64,000 nucleotides of DNA from Balanoglossus misakiensis (lineage: Eukaryota; Animalia; Hemichordata). Where the stretch lies: positions 339,740-403,739 of the forward strand of contig CM082578.2 of assembly GCA_040954595.2 (NCBI GenBank). The letters run 5' to 3'. The notes under the pieces were generated by a model. That model was not told the DNA's origin and did not search any database. It was given only the letters and a program-made list of their open reading frames with translations. How positions within the stretch are numbered: position 1 is the first letter of the stretch; each line of letters opens with the position of its first letter. This document shows, piece after piece, positions 46,812 to 62,000 of the stretch. Made by a program: the position numbers and the translations under genes.

Positions 46812-49800
46812 AAATAGCCATTTTGGCCATATTTTGACAAAATGGTACATTTTTAAAAAATCATAAAAAATAAACTCTTTTCTTCATTTTCGGAAATATT
46901 ATGGAGCATGAAGTGTCGTTCTCTTGTAAAAAGTGCTGCAAATTCCAGAAAATGTGGTCTAATTTGAATCACCCAAGACAAAATTACCATTTTCGACTTG
47001 TTTTCGAAAAATTGTCTTTTTTACAAAATAAATAAGAATAAATTCTTTTCTTAGTTTCAAACGGGTAGAGATACTTTCCACACGGGTTTTCTAACATTGA
47101 ATTCCCGTTTATCAACTCAGATTTCCTACAGCATAAGTCGGCTAAAACCCTGACATTCTAGAGCAGAAACAGTTGCACACTGATAACGTTGAACAAGTCG
47201 ATTTTTCTACGGCCTGGCACGGCTAAATCTCGTCACAATATGACAGACACTAGCGTACGTTAGCAACGGTGATCAAGTCAGATTTTCAACGGCATGGGTT
47301 GGATAAAGCCCCGGCACTCTAGAGCAGAAACACGCGTACAGAGACCACGTTGATCAAGTCTGATCTCCTACGGCTTGGCTCGACTAAAACCCCGGCACAC
47401 TATGACAGACACTAGCGTTCGTTAGCAACGTTGATCAAGTCAGATTTCCTACGGCATGGCTTTGCTAAAGCCCTGACACTCTAGAGCAGAAACACGCGTA
47501 CAGAGACCACGTTGATCTACTCACATTTCCTTCGGCCTGGCACGGCTGATGCCCCGGCACTATATATAGGACACAGACTGGCGTAAGTTAACAACGGTAA
47601 TCACGTCGGGTTTCCTACGGCCTGGCTCAGCTGAAGCCCCGGCACTCTAGAGCAGAAACAGGCGTACATTGACCACGTTGATCAAGTCAGATTTCCTACG
47701 GCGTGACTCGGCTGGTGCACCGGCTCTATATGACACAGACTGGCGTAAGTTATCAACGGTGATTACGTCGGATTTCCTACGGCCTGGTTTAGCTGAAGCC
47801 CCGGCACTTTAGAGCGGAAACACGCGTACATTGACCACGATGATCAAGTCAGATCTCCTACGGCCTGGCTCGACTAAAACCCCGGCACACCATGACAGAC
47901 ACTAGCGTTCGTTAGCAACGGTGATCAAGTCGGATTTCCTTCGGCCTGGCTCTGCAAAAGACCCGACACTCTAGTACAAAGACGTTGGCTAAGTCGGGCA
48001 AACCGAACAGGGAAAGTCACAGCGGGTCAACACTCGACATTTGTTCCGGTAGGACTGCTTTATTGCCTGTCAATTTATAGAGAAAGCCCGAATTTAACCA
48101 GGGCGTTTCAAACACCGACGTTAGTTGGGGGCACGGCCTGCAGTACTGCCGGGTAAGCTGACATCAGCGTACCGCATATAATGTAGGGGGGGGGGGGAAC
48201 AGAACGGTTAAATACTACATTTATCAGATATCAGCTAATTTTGGACAATCATCTAAAATGTAAATCATCTTTTCATATTTGGATATCTGATGAAGTATGA
48301 AATTTCCAATATATGTAAAAATGGTGCTGATTATAAAAAATGCACTCTGAATGAGCTGATTTAATACAAAATTGCGTTTTATTCGTTTTTGCACCAAAAA
48401 GGTCATTTTTAGGCAAAACATTCTTTATTTTTTTAATTCGGTGACCTGATCATATATAAGCAATTGCTTGCATGTTAAAAGTTTTTATGACTTTTAAAAG
48501 CAGTGACACTGGCGGCATTCAACACGAAAATAACAATTTTAACCACAATTTGGTCAAAATGGTAAATTTTTGAAAATTACAAAAAATACCTGTTTTCTAC
48601 ATTTTCGGAAATCTGATGGAGTATAGAATGCTCTTCGTATATATATATCGATACAAATTCCACAAAAGACCGTCTAATTTGGCTCACTGCAGACAAAATT
48701 GCGTTTTACCAAATTTTCCTTGAAAATGTCATTTTTAGAAAAATAAAATAAAAAAACCTTCGTTCTTCGAATTTGGTGCCCTGATCATATATGATATGTT
48801 GATTGTATGTTAAAACTTTCGACCACTCCAAAAATGCAGAGATATTGACGGAATTCAAGAAAAAATAGCCATTTTGGCCATATTTTGACAAAATGGTACA
48901 TTTTTAAAAAATCATAAAAAATAAACTCTTTTCTTCATTTTCGGAAATATTATGGAGCATGATGTGTCGTTCTTTTGTAAAAAGTGCTGCAAATTCCAGA
49001 AAATGTGGTATAATTTGGATCACCCAAGACAAAATTACCATTTTCGACTTGTTTTCGAAAAATTGTCTTTTTTACAAAATAAATAAGAATAAATTCTTTT
49101 CTTAGTTTCAAACGGGTAGAGATACTTTCCACACGGGTTTTCTAACATTGAATTCCCGTTTATCAACTCAGATTTCCTACAGCATAAGTCGGCTAAAACC
49201 CTGACACTCTAGAGCAGAAACAGTTGCACACTGATAACGTTGAACAAGTCGATTTTTCTACGGCCTGGCACGGCTAAATCTCGTCACAATATGACAGACA
49301 TTAGCGTACGTTAGCAACGGTGATCAAGTCAGATTTTCAACGGCATGGGTTGGATAAAGCCCCGGCACTCTAGAGCAGAAACACGCGTACAGAGACCACG
49401 TTGATCAAGTCTGATCTCCTACGGCTTGGCTCGACTAAAACCCCGGCACACTATGACAGACACTAGCGTTCGTTAGCAACGTTGATCAAGTCAGATTTCC
49501 TACGGCATGGCTTTGCTAAAGCCCTGACACTCTAGAGCAGAAACACGCGTACAGAGACCACGTTGATCTACTCACATTTCCTTCGGCCTGGCACGGCTGA
49601 TGCCCCGGCACTATATATAGGACACAGACTGGCGTAAGTTAACAACGGTAATCACGTCGGGTTTCCTACGGCCTGGCTCAGCTGAAGCCCCGGCACTCTA
49701 GAGCAGAAACAGGCGTACATTGACCACGTTGATCAAGTCAGATTTCCTACGGCGTGACTCGGCTGGTGCACCGGCTCTATATGACACAGACTGGCGTAAG

Positions 49801-52800
49801 TTATCAACGGTGATTACGTCGGATTTCCTACGGCCTGGTTTAGCTGAAGCCCCGGCACTTTAGAGCGGAAACACGCGTACATTGACCACGATGATCAAGT
49901 CAGATCTCCTACGGCCTGGCTCGACTAAAACCCCGGCACACCATGACAGACACTAGCGTTCGTTAGCAACGGTGATCAAGTCGGATTTCCTTCGGCCTGG
50001 CTCTGCAAAAGACCCGACACTCTAGTACAAAGACGTTGGCTAAGTCGGGCAAACCGAACAGGGAAAGTCACAGCGGGTCAACACTCGACATTTGTTCCGG
50101 TAGGACTGCTTTATTGCCTGTCAATTTATAGAGAAAGCCCGAATTTAACCAGGGCGTTTCAAACACCGACGTTAGTTGGGGGCACGGCCTGCAGTACTGC
50201 CGGGTAAGCTGACATCAGCGTACCGCATATAATGTAGGGGGGGGGGGGGAACAGAACGGTTAAATACTACATTTATCAGATATCAGCTAATTTTGGACAA
50301 TCATCTAAAATGTAAATCATCTTTTCATATTTGGATATCTGATGATGTATGAAATTTCCAATATATGTAAAAATGGTGCTGATTATAAAAAATGCACTCT
50401 GAATGAGCTGATTTAATACAAAATTGCGTTTTATTCGTTTTTGCACCAAAAAGGTCATTTTTAGGCAAAACATTCTTTATTTTTTTAATTCGGTGACCTG
50501 ATCATATATAAGCAATTGCTTGCATGTTAAAAGTTTTTATGACTTTTAAAAGCAGTGACACTGGCGGCATTCAACACGAAAATAACAATTTTAACCACAA
50601 TTTGGTCAAAATGGTAAATTTTTGAAAATTACAAAAAATACCTGTTTTCTACATTTTCGGAAATCTGATGGAGTATAGAATGCTCTTCGTATATATATAT
50701 CGATACAAATTCCACAAAAGACCGTCTAATTTGGCTCACTGCAGACAAAATTGCGTTTTACCAAATTTTCCTTGAAAATGTCATTTTTAGAAAAATAAAA
50801 TAAAAAAACCTTCGTTCTTCGAATTTGGTGCCCTGATCATATATGATATGTTGATTGTATGTTAAAACTTTCGACCACTCCAAAAATGCAGAGATATTGA
50901 CGGAATTCAAGAAAAAATAGCCATTTTGGCCATATTTTGACAAAATGGTACATTTTTAAAAAATCATAAAAAATAAACTCTTTTCTTCATTTTCGGAAAT
51001 ATTATGGAGCATGATGTGTCGTTCTTTTGTAAAAAGTGCTGCAAATTCCAGAAAATGTGGTATAATTTGGATCACCCAAGACAAAATTACCATTTTCGAC
51101 TTGTTTTCGAAAAATTGTCTTTTTTACAAAATAAATAAGAATAAATTCTTTTCTTAGTTTCAAACGGGTAGAGATACTTTCCACACGGGTTTTCTAACAT
51201 TGAATTCCCGTTTATCAACTCAGATTTCCTACAGCATAAGTCGGCTAAAACCCTGACACTCTAGAGCAGAAACAGTTGCACACTGATAACGTTGAACAAG
51301 TCGATTTTTCTACGGCCTGGCACGGCTAAATCTCGTCACAATATGACAGACATTAGCGTACGTTAGCAACGGTGATCAAGTCAGATTTTCAACGGCATGG
51401 GTTGGATAAAGCCCCGGCACTCTAGAGCAGAAACACGCGTACAGAGACCACGTTGATCAAGTCTGATCTCCTACGGCTTGGCTCGACTAAAACCCCGGCA
51501 CACTATGACAGACACTAGCGTTCGTTAGCAACGTTGATCAAGTCAGATTTCCTACGGCATGGCTTTGCTAAAGCCCTGACACTCTAGAGCAGAAACACGC
51601 GTACAGAGACCACGTTGATCTACTCACATTTCCTTCGGCCTGGCACGGCTGATGCCCCGGCACTATATATATAGGACACAGACTGGCGTAAGTTAACAAC
51701 GGTAATCACGTCGGGTTTCCTACGGCCTGGCTCAGCTGAAGCCCCGGCACTCTAGAGCAGAAACAGGCGTACATTGACCACGTTGATCAAGTCAGATTTC
51801 CTACGGCGTGACTCGGCTGGTGCACCGGCTCTATATGACACAGACTGGCGTAAGTTATCAACGGTGATTACGTCGGATTTCCTACGGCCTGGTTTAGCTG
51901 AAGCCCCGGCACTTTAGAGCGGAAACACGCGTACATTGACCACGATGATCAAGTCAGATCTCCTACGGCCTGGCTCGACTAAAACCCCGGCACACCATGA
52001 CAGACACTAGCGTTCGTTAGCAACGGTGATCAAGTCGGATTTCCTTCGGCCTGGCTCTGCAAAAGACCCGACACTCTAGTACAAAGACGTTGGCTAAGTC
52101 GGGCAAACCGAACAGGGAAAGTCACAGCGGGTCAACACTCGACATTTGTTCCGGTAGGACTGCTTTATTGCCTGTCAATTTATAGAGAAAGCCCGAATTT
52201 AACCAGGGCGTTTCAAACACCGACGTTAGTTGGGGGCACGGCCTGCAGTACTGCCGGGTAAGCTGACATCAGCGTACCGCATATAATGTAGGGGGGGGGG
52301 AACAGAACGGTTAAATACTACATTTATCAGATATCAGCTAATTTTGGACAATCATCTAAAATGTAAATCATCTTTTCATATTTGGATATCTGATGATGTA
52401 TGAAATTTCCAATATATGTAAAAATGGTGCTGATTATAAAAAATGCACTCTGAATGAGCTGATTTAATACAAAATTGCGTTTTATTCGTTTTTGCACCAA
52501 AAAGGTCATTTTTAGGCAAAACATTCTTTATTTTTTTAATTCGGTGACCTGATCATATATAAGCAATTGCTTGCATGTTAAAAGTTTTTATGACTTTTAA
52601 AAGCAGTGACACTGGCGGCATTCAACACGAAAATAACAATTTTAACCACAATTTGGTCAAAATGGTAAATTTTTGAAAATTACAAAAAATACCTGTTTTC
52701 TACATTTTCGGAAATCTGATGGAGTATAGAATGCTCTTCGTATATATATATCGATACAAATTCCACAAAAGACCGTCTAATTTGGCTCACTGCAGACAAA

Positions 52801-52974
52801 ATTGCGTTTTACCAAATTTTCCTTGAAAATGTCATTTTTAGAAAAATAAAATAAAAAAACCTTCGTTCTTCGAATTTGGTGCCCTGATCATATATGATAT
52901 GTTGATTGTATGTTAAAACTTTCGACCACTCCAAAAATGCAGAGATATTGACGGAATTCAAGAAAAAATAGCCA
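46812..52974 (+). repeat. Composite macrosatellite, 3 nearly identical units
   Basis: Periods of ~2052 and ~2051 bp (48224, 50276, 52327). Confidence 0.97.
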
Positions 52975-55900
52975 ACGTCTTTGTACTAGAGTGTCGGGTC
53001 TTTTGCAGAGCCAGGCCGAAGGAAATCCGACTTGATCACCGTTGCTAACGAACGCTAGTGTCTGTCATGGTGTGCCGGGGTTTTAGTCGAGCCAGGCCGT
53101 AGGAGATCTGACTTGATCATCGTGGTCAATGTACGCGTGTTTCCGCTCTAAAGTGCCGGGGCTTCAGCTAAACCAGGCCGTAGGAAATCCGACGTAATCA
53201 CCGTTGATAACTTACGCCAGTCTGTGTCATATAGAGCCGGTGCACCAGCCGAGTCACGCCGTAGGAAATCTGACTTGATCAACGTGGTCAATGTACGCCT
53301 GTTCTGCTCTAGAGTGCCGGGGCTTCAGCTGAGCCAGGCCGTAGGAAACCCGACGTGATTACCGTTGTTAACTTACGCCAGTCTGTGTCCTATATATAGT
53401 GCCGGGGCATCAGCCGTGCCAGGCCGAAGGAAATGTGAGTAGATCAACGTGGTCTCTGTACGCGTGTTTCTGCTCTAGAGTGTCAGGGCTTTAGCAAAGC
53501 CATGCCGTAGGAAATCTGACTTGATCAACGTTTCTAACGAACGCTAGTGTCTGTCATAGTGTGCCGGGGTTTTAGTCGAGCCAAGCCGTAGGAGATCAGA
53601 CTTGATCAACGTGGTCTCTGTATGCGTGTTTCTGCTCTAGAGTGCCGGGGCTTTATCCAACCCATGCCGTTGAAAATCTGACTTGATCACCGTTGCTAAC
53701 GTACGCTAGTGTCTGTCATATTGTGACGACATTTAGCCGTGCCAGGCCGTAGAAAAATCGACTTGTTCAACGTTATCAGTGTGCAACTGTTTCTGCTCTA
53801 GAGTGTCAGGGTTTTAGCCGACTTATGCTGTAGGAAATCTGAGTTGATAAACGGGAATTCAATGTTAGAAATTCCGTGTGGAAAGTATCTCTACCCGTTT
53901 GAAACTAAGAAAAGAATTTATTCTTATTTATTTTGTAAAAAAGACAATTTTTCGAAAACAAGTCGAAAATGGTAATTTTGTCTTGGGTGATTCAAATTAT
54001 ACCACATTTTCTGGAATTTGCAGCACTTTTTACAAGAGAACGACACTTCATGCTCCATAATATTTCCGAAAATGAAGAAAAGAGTTAATTTTTATGATTT
54101 TTTAAAAATTTACCTTTTTTGTCAAAATATGGCCAAAATGGCTATTTTTTCTTGAATTCCGTCAATATCTCTGCATTTTTGGAGTGGTCGAAAGTTTTAA
54201 CATACAATCAACATATCATATATGATCAGGGCACCAAATTCGAAGAACGAAGGTTTTTTTATTTTATTTTTCTAAAAATGACATTTTCAAGGAAAATTTG
54301 GTAAAACGCAATTTTGTCTGCAGTGAGCCAAATTAGACGGTCTTTTGTGGAATTTGTATCGATATATATATACGAAGAGCATTCTATACTCCATCAGATT
54401 TCCGAAAATGTAGAAAACAGGTATTTTTTGTAATTTTCAAAAATTTACCATTTTGACCAAATTGTGGTTAAAATTGTTATTTTCGTGTTGAATGCCACCA
54501 GTGTCACTGCTTTTAAAAGTCATAAAAACTTTTAACATGCAAGCAATTGCTTATATATGATCAGGTCACCGAATTAAAAAAATAAAGAATGTTTTGCCTA
54601 AAAATGACCTTTTTGGTGCAAAAACGAATAAAACGCAATTTTGTATTAAATCAGCTCATTCAGAGTGCATTTTTTATAATCAGCACCATTTTTACATATA
54701 TTGGAAATTTCATACATCATCAGATATCCAAATATGAAAAGATGATTTACATTTTAGATGATTGTCCAAAATTAGCTGATATCTGATAAATGTAGTATTT
54801 AACCGTTCTGTTCCCCCCCCCCCCCCTACATTATATGCGGTACGCTGATGTCAGCTTACCCGGCAGTACTGCAGGCCGTGCCCCCAACTAACGTCGGTGT
54901 TTGAAACGCCCTGGTTAAATTCGGGCTTTCTCTATAAATTGACAGGCAATAAAGCAGTCCTACCGGAACAAATGTCGAGTGTTGACCCGCTGTGACTTTC
55001 CCTGTTCGGTTTGCCCGACTTAGCCAACGTCTTTGTACTAGAGTGTCGGGTCTTTTGCAGAGCCAGGCCGAAGGAAATCCGACTTGATCACCGTTGCTAA
55101 CGAACGCTAGTGTCTGTCATGGTGTGCCGGGGTTTTAGTCGAGCCAGGCCGTAGGAGATCTGACTTGATCATCGTGGTCAATGTACGCGTGTTTCCGCTC
55201 TAAAGTGCCGGGGCTTCAGCTAAACCAGGCCGTAGGAAATCCGACGTAATCACCGTTGATAACTTACGCCAGTCTGTGTCATATAGAGCCGGTGCACCAG
55301 CCGAGTCACGCCGTAGGAAATCTGACTTGATCAACGTGGTCAATGTACGCCTGTTTCTGCTCTAGAGTGCCGGGGCTTCAGCTGAGCCAGGCCGTAGGAA
55401 ACCCGACGTGATTACCGTTGTTAACTTACGCCAGTCTGTGTCCTATATATAGTGCCGGGGCATCAGCCGTGCCAGGCCGAAGGAAATGTGAGTAGATCAA
55501 CGTGGTCTCTGTACGCGTGTTTCTGCTCTAGAGTGTCAGGGCTTTAGCAAAGCCATGCCGTAGGAAATCTGACTTGATCAACGTTGCTAACGAACGCTAG
55601 TGTCTGTCATAGTGTGCCGGGGTTTTAGTCGAGCCAAGCCGTAGGAGATCAGACTTGATCAACGTGGTCTCTGTACGCGTGTTTCTGCTCTAAAGTGCCG
55701 GGGCTTTATCCAACCCATGCCGTTGAAAATCTGACTTGATCACCGTTGCTAACGTACGATAGTGTCTGTCATATTGTGACGGAGATTTAGCTGAGCCAGG
55801 CCGTAGAAAAATCGACTTGTTCAACGTTACCAGTGTGCAACTGTTTCTGCTCTAAAGTCTCAGGGTTTTAGCCGACTTATGCTGTAGGAAATCTGAGTTG

Positions 55901-58900
55901 ATGAACGGGAATTCAATGTTAGAAAACCCGTGTGGAAAGTATCTCTACCCGTTTGAAACTAAGAAAAGAATTAATTCTTATTTATTTTGTAAAAAAGACA
56001 ATTTTTCGAAAAAAAGTCGAAAATGGTAATTTTGTCTTGGGTGATTCAAATTATACCGCCTTTTCTGGAATTTGCAGCACTTTTTACAAGAGAACGACAC
56101 TTCATGCTCCATAATATTTCCGAAAATGAAGAAAAGAGTTAATTTTTTATGATTTTTTAAAAATTTACCATTTTTGTCAAAATATGGCCAAAATGGCTAT
56201 TTTTTCTTGAATTCCGTCAATATCTCTGCATTTTTGGAGTGGTCGAAAGTTTTAACATACAATCAACATGTCATATATGATCAGGGCACCAAATTCGAAG
56301 ATAAAAGGTTTTTTTATTTTTTTTTTCTAAAAATGACATTTTCAAGGAAAATTTTGTAAAACGCAATTTTGTCTGCAGTGAGCCAAATTAGACGGTCTTT
56401 TGTGGAATTTGTATCGATATATACGTACGAAGAGCATTCTATACTCCATCAGATTTCCGAAAATGTAGAAAACAGGTATTTTTTGTAATTTTCAAAAATT
56501 TACCATTTTGACCAAATTGTGGCTAAAATTGTTATTTTCGTGTTGAATGCCGCCAGTGTCACTGCTTTTAAAAGTCATAAAAACTTTTAACATACAAGCA
56601 ATTGTTTATATATGATCAGGTCACCGAATTAAAAAAATAAAGAATGTTTTGCCTAAAAATGACCTTTTTGGTGCAAAAACGAATAAAACGCAATTTTGCA
56701 TTAAATCAGCTCATTCAGAGTGCATTTTTATAATCAGCACCATTTTTACATATAATGGAAATGTCATACATCATCAGATATCCAAATATGAAAAGATGAT
56801 TTACATTTTAGATGATTGTCCAAAATTAGCTGATATCTGATAAATGTAGTATTTAACCGTTCTGTCCCCCCCCCCCTACATTATATGCGGTACGCTGATG
56901 TCAGCTTACCCGGCAGTACTGCAGGCCGTGCCCCCAACTAACGTCGGTGTTTGAAACGCCCTGGTTAAATTCGGGCTTTCTCTATAAATTGACAGGCAAT
57001 AATGCAGTCCTACCGGAACAAATGTCGAGTGTTGACCCGCTGTGACTTTCCCTGTTCGGTTTGCCCGACTTAGCCAACGTCTTTGTACTAGAGTGTCGGG
57101 TCTTTTACAGAGCCAGGCCGAAGGAAATCCGACTTGATCACCGTTGCTAACGAACGCTAGTGTCTGTCATGGTGTGCCGGGGTTTTAGTCGAGCCAGGCC
57201 GTAGTAGATCTGACTTGATCATCGTGGTCAATGTACGCGTGTTTCCGCTCTAAAGTGCCGGGGCTTCAGCTAAACCAGGCCGTAGGAAATCCGACGTAAT
57301 CACCGTTGATAACTTACGCCAGTCTGTGTCATATAGAGCCGGTGCACCAGCCGAGTCACGCCGTAGGAAATCTGACTTGATCAACGTGGTCAATGTACGC
57401 CTGTTTCTGCTCTAGAGTGCCGGGGCTTCAGCTGAGCCAGGCCGTAGGAAACCCGACGTGATTACCGTTGTTAACTTACGCCAGTCTGTGTCCTATATAT
57501 AGTGCCGGGGCATCAGCCGTGCCAGGCCGAAGGAAATGTGAGTAGATCAACGTGGTCTCTGTACGCGTGTTTCTGCTCTAGAGTGTCAGGGCTTTAGCAA
57601 AGCCATGCCGTAGGAAATCTGACTTGATCAACGTTGCTAACGAACGCTAGTGTCTGTCATAGTGTGCCGGGATTTTAGTCGAGCCAAGCCGTAGGAGATC
57701 AGACTTGATCAACGTGGTCTCTGTACGCGTGTTTCTGCTCTAGAGTGCCGGGGCTTTATCCAACCCATGCCGTTGAAAATCTGACTTGATCACCGTTGCT
57801 AACGTACGATAGTGTCTGTCATATTGTGACGGAGATTTAGCCGAGCCAGGCCGTAGAAAAATCGACTTGTTCAACGTTACCAGTGTGCAACTGTTTCTGC
57901 TCTAAAGTCTCAGGGTTTTAGCCGACTTATGCTGTAGGAAATCTGAGTTGATGAACGGGAATTCAATGTTAGAAAACCCGTGTGGAAAGTATCTCTACCC
58001 GTTTGAAACTAAGAAAAGAATTAATTCTTATTTATTTTGTAAAAAAGACAATTTTTCGAAAAAAAGTCGAAAATGGTAATTTTGTCTTGGGTGATTCAAA
58101 TTATACCGCCTTTTCTGGAATTTGCAGCACTTTTTACAAGAGAACGACACTTCATGCTCCATAATATTTCCGAAAATGAAGAAAAGAGTTAATTTTTTAT
58201 GATTTTTTAAAAATTTACCATTTTTGTCAAAATATGGCCAAAATGGCTATTTTTTCTTGAATTCCGTCAATATCTCTGCATTTTTGGAAAGTTTTAACAT
58301 ACAATCAACATGTCATATATGATCAGGGCACCAAATTCGAAGATAAAAGGTTTTTTTATTTTTTTTTTCGAAAAATGACATTTTCAAGGAAAATTTTGTA
58401 AAACGCAATTTTGTCTGCAGTGAGCCAAATTAGACGGTCTTTTGTGGAATTTGTATCGATATATACATACGAAGAGCATTCTATACTCCATCAGATTTCC
58501 GAAAATGTAGAAAACAGGTATTTTTTGTAATTTTCAAAAATTTACCACTTTGACCAAATTGTGGCTAAAATTGTTATTTTCGTGTTGAATGCCGCCAGTG
58601 TCACTGCTTTTAAAAGTCATAAAAACTTTTAACATACAAGCAATTGTTTATATATGATCAGGTCACCGAATTAAAAAAATAAAGAATGTTTTGCCTAAAA
58701 ATGACCTTTTTGGTGCAAAAACGAATAAAACGCAATTTTGCATTAAATCAGCTCATTCAGAGTGCATTTTTATAATCAGCACCATTTTTACATATAATGG
58801 AAATGTCATACATCATCAGATATCCAAATATGAAAAGATGATTTACATTTTAGATGATTGTCCAAAATTAGCTGATATCTGATAAATGTAGTATTTAACC

Positions 58901-59093
58901 GTTCTGTTCCCCCCCCCCCCCCCTACATTATATGCGGTACGCTGATGTAAGCTTACCCGGCAGTACTGCAGGCCGTGCCCCCAACTAACGTCGGTGTTTG
59001 AAACGCCCTGGTTAAATTTGGGCTTTCTCTATAAATTGACAGGCAATAATGCAGTCCTACCGGAACAAATGTCGAGTGTTGACCCGCTGTGAC
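52969..59093 (-). repeat. Composite macrosatellite, 3 units in reverse orientation
   Basis: Orientation flips at TAGCCA (52969-52974). Unit variants mirror those at 23256-29200, including the short deletion at ~24056 / ~58287. Confidence 0.97.
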
Positions 59094-62000
59094 TTTTTTT
59101 TTTTTTTTTTTTTAATACTTTTTATTGGGAACACAAACAGTCATTTTGATACATAAGTAGATTTAAAAAAAAAAAAAAAAAAAAAAAATTGACAATTATT
59201 TTTTGGAAGCATAACTTAATGGAAAGAAGAGAAAAAAAAAAAAAACAATCTGGTATTCTCAGTTTGTTATATACCTCATAAGTGATGACCATTTTTTAAG
59301 ATGAAAATACATTTTATGATTTGCAGTTGCAATCTTAAGTTCAATTTCATGTATGTTTTTGAGCTGAACAATAAACCCAGTGATATTCGGAATTCGATTA
59401 TTTAATTTACAGTAGTAAATGTACATTCTAACTTGCATTGCTATAAAATTGACTATAAAAGTCTCGTTTGGGTCACCCAAAACCATACATAACACTGATG
59501 GTGGTTTTTTCAATTTAAGAGGGATACCCAACGTAAACAGTAGGTCCCTCCAGAGAGCAGTAGTACAATTGCAACTATGAAATAAATGGTCGATGGACTC
59601 TGTTTCCACTTTACATAAATCACAAAGAGCAGTTGGAAATTTCTGTGGATTGTACCTGTTTAGCTGTTTGTTTGTATACAAAATATTGTGAAGTAATTTA
59701 AATTGAAAAGCTCTAGCCTTACAATGTATTGATAACTTGTAAGTGAAGTCATACATTTTTTCCCAGTTTAGATTAAATATATTCAACATTTTTTCCAGTG
59801 TTGCTTGACTTTTTGGAGTCTCTATAATACGGTCGTTCAAATTACATTTCAAACTCTTTTTCGTTAAAGTGTCTAAATTACAGATTGTGCCATTCAATGA
59901 AATACAAAGCTTATGTACACTATGTGCTTTGGTACAATTTTTTAACTTGTTTGGAACAGAAAGTGTCAATCCTAACCACTTCAATTTCTGATTTAAATTC
60001 AGGCCTTTCTGCTCAAATACAGACCATGATACTCTATTAAAACCTGTAAACATGTCAGGGATGAAATTAAAGCCAGCGTCAGAAAAAGCCTTATAAAATA
60101 CCGACTTTCCTCCAACGAGGACGTTTCTGTTGTTCCAAATCACCTGGTCTGTAGTATTTGGAATTATGTTGATTTCTGACCATGTGACAAGACAATTATT
60201 TATAAAACTGGAAACTTGGACAGGCAAAAGATTGGTGCGGAAGTTACATTTAAAAAGTAATTTTCCACCGACTTTCTCTAAACTGTGTAAGACAATGTGT
60301 TTCCAAGGGTGTTTACATTCCTCATTCAACAGGCGTTTAATCAGTAATACTTGCTTTGTTTTTATCATCACATCTAAATTGGGCATTTTTAAGCCTCCTT
60401 GGCCCACCTCCCCTATCATTACATTCCTGCGAACCCGGTCTTGTCCATTCCAGAGAAAATTATAAATTAACTTATGAACCCGACCTATTACTTCATTAGG
60501 AAAAATTACATGTGTAAGCACATATGTTAATTTGGAAATTGCCAATGACTTAATAACTTGAACTTTCCCAATGATGGTCAAATTCCTAGTTTTCCACATA
60601 TTGAGGACCTTTTTTAGATTTTCGACTGGGGTAACAATATTTTTTTCCTGGGCAATTTTTTCATTATAAGAAAAATGAATCCCCACAATCTTGATAGTAG
60701 GGGTGGGCCACTTTACCCCGAACGCCTCATCTTTTCGAAGTCTCCATTTCCCAAGCCAAACAGCTTCTGTCTTATCTTTGTTGACTTTCAAACCAGAAGC
60801 ATTATAAAAGGAAGTTAACATTTCAAAAACAATTCTTACAGAGTTTTCATTTGATAAAAAACAGGTCATATCGTCGGCGAACGCCGACTCCTTAATTTCA
60901 ACACTGCCAATATTGATACCACTAATTTGCCGGTTATTTCTTATTGAATGCAAGAGTGTTTCTAAAACCAGAATAAATAACATAGGTGACAAAGGGTCGC
61001 CTTGGCGCACTCCCTTCTCAAGCTTAAAATAGCCAGTCCCAAACCCATTGTTCATTACAGTGCTTTCAATGTTAAAATATAAGGCTTTAACCCAGTTGAT
61101 GAAGGACACTCCAAAATTAAAGGATGACAATGTATTGTAGAGATAATCCCAACTTACAGTGTCAAAAGCTTTTTCGAAATCTATGGCTAATAAAATTGCT
61201 GGAATATCAGCATTACAGGTGTGATGAAAAATCTCATCTATCAAACGGATATAATCACCAATGTTTCTCCCCCGGACAAAGGCCGCTTGGGAGTCACCAA
61301 TTAAGCAGGGCAAAACTTTCTCAATACGTTTAACAAGGCATTTTGAAGCAAGCTTCATGTCAACATTCATAAGGGAGATTGGTCTCCAATTTTTCAGATA
61401 GAGTTGATCCTTCCCAGGTTTATCAATCAGAGTTATGACACTCTGTTTCTGTGAATTTGAAAATTCCCCCGTTCTGTAACCATAATTGAGAGAATTCAAA
61501 ACTAAATTCCCCACCTGTGGCCAAAACGCCACGTAAAATTCTTTTGTAAGGCCATCATTGCCGGGGCGTTTGTTGTCTGGAAGGGAGAGAAGAACAGAGA
61601 AAACTTCCCCAGGGGTCAAAGGACCCTCACACAAAACTTTATCATTCTCTGACAACATTGGTAAATTTGCATCCAGGAAATAATGCACATCGTTGGAGTT
61701 TGTGGCGCACCTTGAGTAAAGCTTGGCATAAAACTGCTTAATTTCACACAAAATATTCTTTGGGTTGTCTATAATTGTATACTCATCTTTCTTCAAATTG
61801 CTGATACTCGAGTTGCGTTTATTTACCTTTTCCAAACCTAAAAAGAACTTGTTACATTTTTCACCTTTCTCGTACCAATTAATCCTGGATCTTACGACCG
61901 CTCCTTCTGTAATATAATCATAAACTTTCTCCAAATCACTCTTTGCTGACTCGAGCATCTCGTAATTTTGCACTGTAGGATGATTAGAACAAAGACCCTC

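Noticed and set aside
8251-58882. Recurrent 60-97-aa ORFs (MESISTRLK.., MSKYGQNG.., MFCLKMT.., MNRSV..)
   Set aside because: They fall in satellite units, many start at non-ATG codons, frames shift with homopolymer length, and none has a domain motif.
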